From Veleropilina oligotropha (lineage: Eukaryota), in NCBI GenBank assembly GCA_048128005.1, contig JBEUKZ010000058.1, positions 62,001 through 126,000 of the forward strand: a stretch of 64,000 bases of DNA. Reading direction: 5' to 3'. Made by a program: the position numbers and the translations under genes. Below, one piece after another: positions 61,388-64,000 of the stretch. The notes below the pieces were generated by a model. That model saw nothing but the letters and a program-made list of their open reading frames with translations, was not told the origin of the DNA and made no database searches. Within the stretch, counting starts at the first letter, position 1. Each line of letters opens with the position of its first letter.

Positions 61388-61461
61388 ACATGATTTTGAA
61401 GAAGAAAAAGAAAGGAAAAAGAAATTGAAATTTGAACAAAAGAAAAAGGAAAAAATCCATT
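61388..61461 (+). CDS. HDGFL2/PSIP1-like exon (HDFEEEKERKKKLKFEQKKKEKIH)
   Basis: tctttgcag acceptor, gtaagc donor, 74 nt, phase 2/1. Confidence 0.8.
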
Positions 61462-61472
61462 GTAAGCCGCTT

Positions 61473-61650
61473 TTTGTCTCGCCCCGTAGGGAAAGCGAGA
61501 CTTAGGGATTGCATTTTCCGTCGTCGGCGTCGTCCTCGACGTCGTGTCATTTTCGGTTAAAGTTTTTTCGGTTAAAGTTTTTCATTGAATGGAATTTTAT
61601 GATACATTGATATATATATTTAAAGGGACATATCGGACCGTGGTACTTGT
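61473..61650 (+). mobile_element. Minimal HINE of the same family lacking the central repeats
   Basis: tgtctcgccccgtagggaaagcgagac ... catatcggaccgtggtacttg. Confidence 0.8.
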
Positions 61651-62002
61651 GTTGTTATAGTAGCTTGTTTTGTTAAAGACCACAAGAGCTTCTGAGATTG
61701 CGGATCGTCCATCGAGACTTTTCGTCTTATCAATAGTCCTCCAACATGGAGGGCGGCAACACCTGAGTTGTATTTAATCAGAGAGTGACTTGCTCTGCGC
61801 CATACGAGTGGGAAACCTTCAACTTTGTTCAGTTAACAGTCACAGTTGTCCTAAACTGGCTGATGCTCTCACAATAATATGTCAATATTATGGTATGACC
61901 ACGAAAATTGGGCATAAATTTACCATCGATCCAAACAATGAAACCAAACATAGGACCTTCTCATGCTAGCTGAAAGAATGTAGCAGCGCTTTCTGCTGAT
62001 AT

Positions 62003-62775
62003 TGTTATGCCCCACAAACGAAGTTTAGGGGAGCATATAAATAGGAGTCAGCTTGTCTGTCTGTCTGTCAGTTGCAAGTTCCCTTTCGCTCCATATCTCG
62101 GACACTATTTGACCGATGGACACGAAACATGATGTGTGCATGCGTCATAACCCAAAGGTGTGTCGCGTACCGAAAGTAGATCTACTTTTCATGCTTGACT
62201 GCACTTGATCCAAAATTCCCTTCCGCTCCATATCTCCCATACTATTTGACAAAGGGACATGAAACTTGATGTGTGTATGCATCATAACTCAAAGGTGTGT
62301 CGCGTACCAAAAATAGGTCACTGCGACCTACTTTTCAGACTTTACTGCATTTGGTCCAAAATTCCCTTCCGCTCCATATCTTCCATATTATTTGACCGAA
62401 GGCCACGAAACTTCATGTGTGTATGCGTCATAACCCAAAAGTGTTGCGTACCGAAAGTAGATCGCTGCGACCTACTTTTCACGCTTGACCACATTTAGGT
62501 CAAAATTCCCTTCCACTCCATATATCCCATACTATTTGAGCGAGGGACATGAAACTATGCGTCATAACTGAAAGGTATGTTGGGTACCGAAAGTAGGTCA
62601 GCGTGGCCTACTTTTCACACTTTATCGCATTCAGTCTAAAATTCCCCTTCCGCTCCATATCTCCCATACTATTTGACTGAGGGACATGAAACTTCATGTG
62701 TGTATGCAAAACAGCCTGTTCCTAGGTCAAATGCTTTCGTGGGGGCATATGATCACTCCTGTGATAGCTCTAGTT
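62003..62775 (+). mobile_element. HINE-like element with ~140-bp internal repeats
   Basis: subTIR tatgccc / gggcata, GTCT microsatellite, 3' hairpin atcac..gtgat then ctagtt. Confidence 0.75.
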
Positions 62776-62798
62776 TTCACTGTTTGTATTTCTTTCAG

Positions 62799-62869
62799 TT
62801 AAGCTGACTGAAACAAAGCTCATCCAAATGGACCAAGAGATCAAGAAGTCACTGATGATTCACCAGACG
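62799..62869 (+). CDS. IBD exon 1 (KLTETKLIQMDQEIKKSLMIHQT)
   Basis: tttctttcag acceptor, gtacgt donor, 71 nt, phase 1/0; aligns with LEDGF IBD helix 1 (RLQRIHAEIKNSLKI). Confidence 0.9.
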
Positions 62870-63096
62870 GTACGTGGCACATGAAAATAAGCACCAGAGT
62901 TTTCCTGATTAATTCAAATTGTGCAACGTGGTTCCACACACTATACACAGACCGATAATTCTGGCAAAAATAAGCTGTTATAATATCAACATATGACAGG
63001 CACATATACAATTCTTATCTTATGCTTTGGTTATTATATGCGTAGATTATCATCAACAAATATAATATGTTCGTTATGTAGTACAGGTAGTTAGTT

Positions 63097-63385
63097 TAGG
63101 GCTAAAAATACAAATTTCAAACCACTGGTTCAATGAACCACCAGGAATTTTAAACACTGGCCAAATTTCAAATTTACTGGTCTTAAAGTAATGATCAATA
63201 GCCTACATATATTATTTATATAGGCTATAATAATACCTTTACAATGAACTAATGTGTGTGATAACAATTAATAGTATTAAAGAGGGTATTGTAAAAATCA
63301 GTGGTCCACTGTTGCTAAAAATGACTGGTTTTCTCCAATTTTTACTGGTTTAAGACCAGTAAAACCATGCTTATTTAGAGCCCTG
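63097..63385. mobile_element. hAT-like MITE with 5-bp TSD
   Basis: TIR tagggctaaaaata / tatttagagccctg; tagtt duplicated at 63092-96 and 63386-90. Confidence 0.7.
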
Positions 63386-63399
63386 TAGTTGGCTACAGT

Positions 63400-63562
63400 G
63401 CTGGTTTACTAGGAGAAGGTCCAGGGTTCAATTCCCTGGAGTGCTGGAGATAATTTTGTTTATCACTGCCTCCATTGTACACGGTACCATTCAAAGTTGT
63501 TTGACCCGATTGTGCCTGAAATACTGTTGACGTGGCCATTAAACATCATTTCATCATCATCA
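63400..63562 (+). mobile_element. Degenerate SINE
   Basis: B-box gggttcaattccc; tail tgttgacgtggccattaaacatca..(cat)n. Confidence 0.5.
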
Positions 63563-63608
63563 GAACACCTAGCATTGTTTGTTGGAGATGTCTTCTCATT
63601 GATTGTAG

Positions 63609-63710
63609 GATGTTGATAAGTGCATTGCCATCATGGAGGATTTGGATGCTGTCCCCGTGAACCAGATAATGCTGAAGAAGAACCCAGATATAATGAATAC
63701 AATTAAAAAG
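63609..63710 (+). CDS. IBD exon 2 (DVDKCIAIMEDLDAVPVNQIMLKKNPDIMNTIKK)
   Basis: ttgtag acceptor, gtatgt donor, 102 nt, phase 0/0; aligns with LEDGF DVNRCIEALDEL...MITTLKK. Confidence 0.92.
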
Positions 63711-64000
63711 GTATGTTTGTTTTCTGTGAATGTTGGTCAGGACTTCCTCATTTAATACAATAAAGCTTGTTGGCGTCAGGAAGGACATCAAGTTATAAAA
63801 CTTTGCTTCAACAGACTAAATTATGGCTGTTGTAAGTATAAAAAATGAACGAATTGTTAGTTAAACCGTCGGTTGGGGAAATAAGACATTAAACAGGGAT
63901 GAGGATTTTCCCCTGATCCGCGGAATCCAGCTATTTTTTGGCGCTCAGGTTCGATATTGTGAAACGTCCAAATCCGATGAGATATTTTAGGGGGGAGAGG

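Larger units (their letters stand above)
755..63710 (+). other. HDGFL2: Multi-exon gene span (partial), HDGFL2/PSIP1(LEDGF)-family protein; 13 exons visible, 5' and 3' ends outside window
   Basis: 13 AG/GT-bounded exons join in one open frame with matching phases. The last two give KLTETKLIQMDQEIKKSLMIHQTDVDKCIAIMEDLDAVPVNQIMLKKNPDIMNTIKK, matching the LEDGF/HRP2 IBD pattern. Also AT-hook PKRGRPP and HDGFL2-like VSSWKKKDQERKE. Probably co-orthologous to vertebrate HDGFL2 and PSIP1. Confidence 0.85.

Noticed and set aside
52977..63710. Functional link between the host integrase-binding domain and the resident retrotransposons
   Set aside because: DIRS use a tyrosine recombinase, not a DDE integrase; co-location is explained by large TE-rich introns

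Overview
AT-rich eukaryotic (invertebrate-like) genomic DNA. The window lies inside one large + strand gene encoding an HDGFL2/PSIP1 (LEDGF)-family chromatin protein. Thirteen GT-AG exons with mutually compatible phases can be assembled; they include AT-hook motifs and, at the right end, the first half of the integrase-binding domain (IBD). The PWWP N-terminus and the C-terminus lie outside the window. The introns are packed with transposons: two related full-length DIRS1-type tyrosine-recombinase retrotransposons with ITRs and ICR (19.9-27.2 kb with decayed ORFs but near-perfect termini; 53.0-60.4 kb nearly intact), a decayed LINE fragment, many non-autonomous Helentron-like (HINE) elements including a four-unit tandem array, Tc1/pogo-, Harbinger- and hAT-like MITEs, tRNA-derived SINEs and minisatellites. 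The most unusual signal is a set of four sequence-unrelated non-coding mini-elements (0.36-0.9 kb) with one shared architecture. Each has a long 5' hairpin with tandem G.A mismatches and a GNA/CTTG apex, an internal reverse-complement copy of its own end-to-end junction with a constant 2-nt bulge, and imperfect 6-bp terminal cores. This suggests mobilisation as folded single-stranded DNA. All calls are from manual reading; no database search was run.
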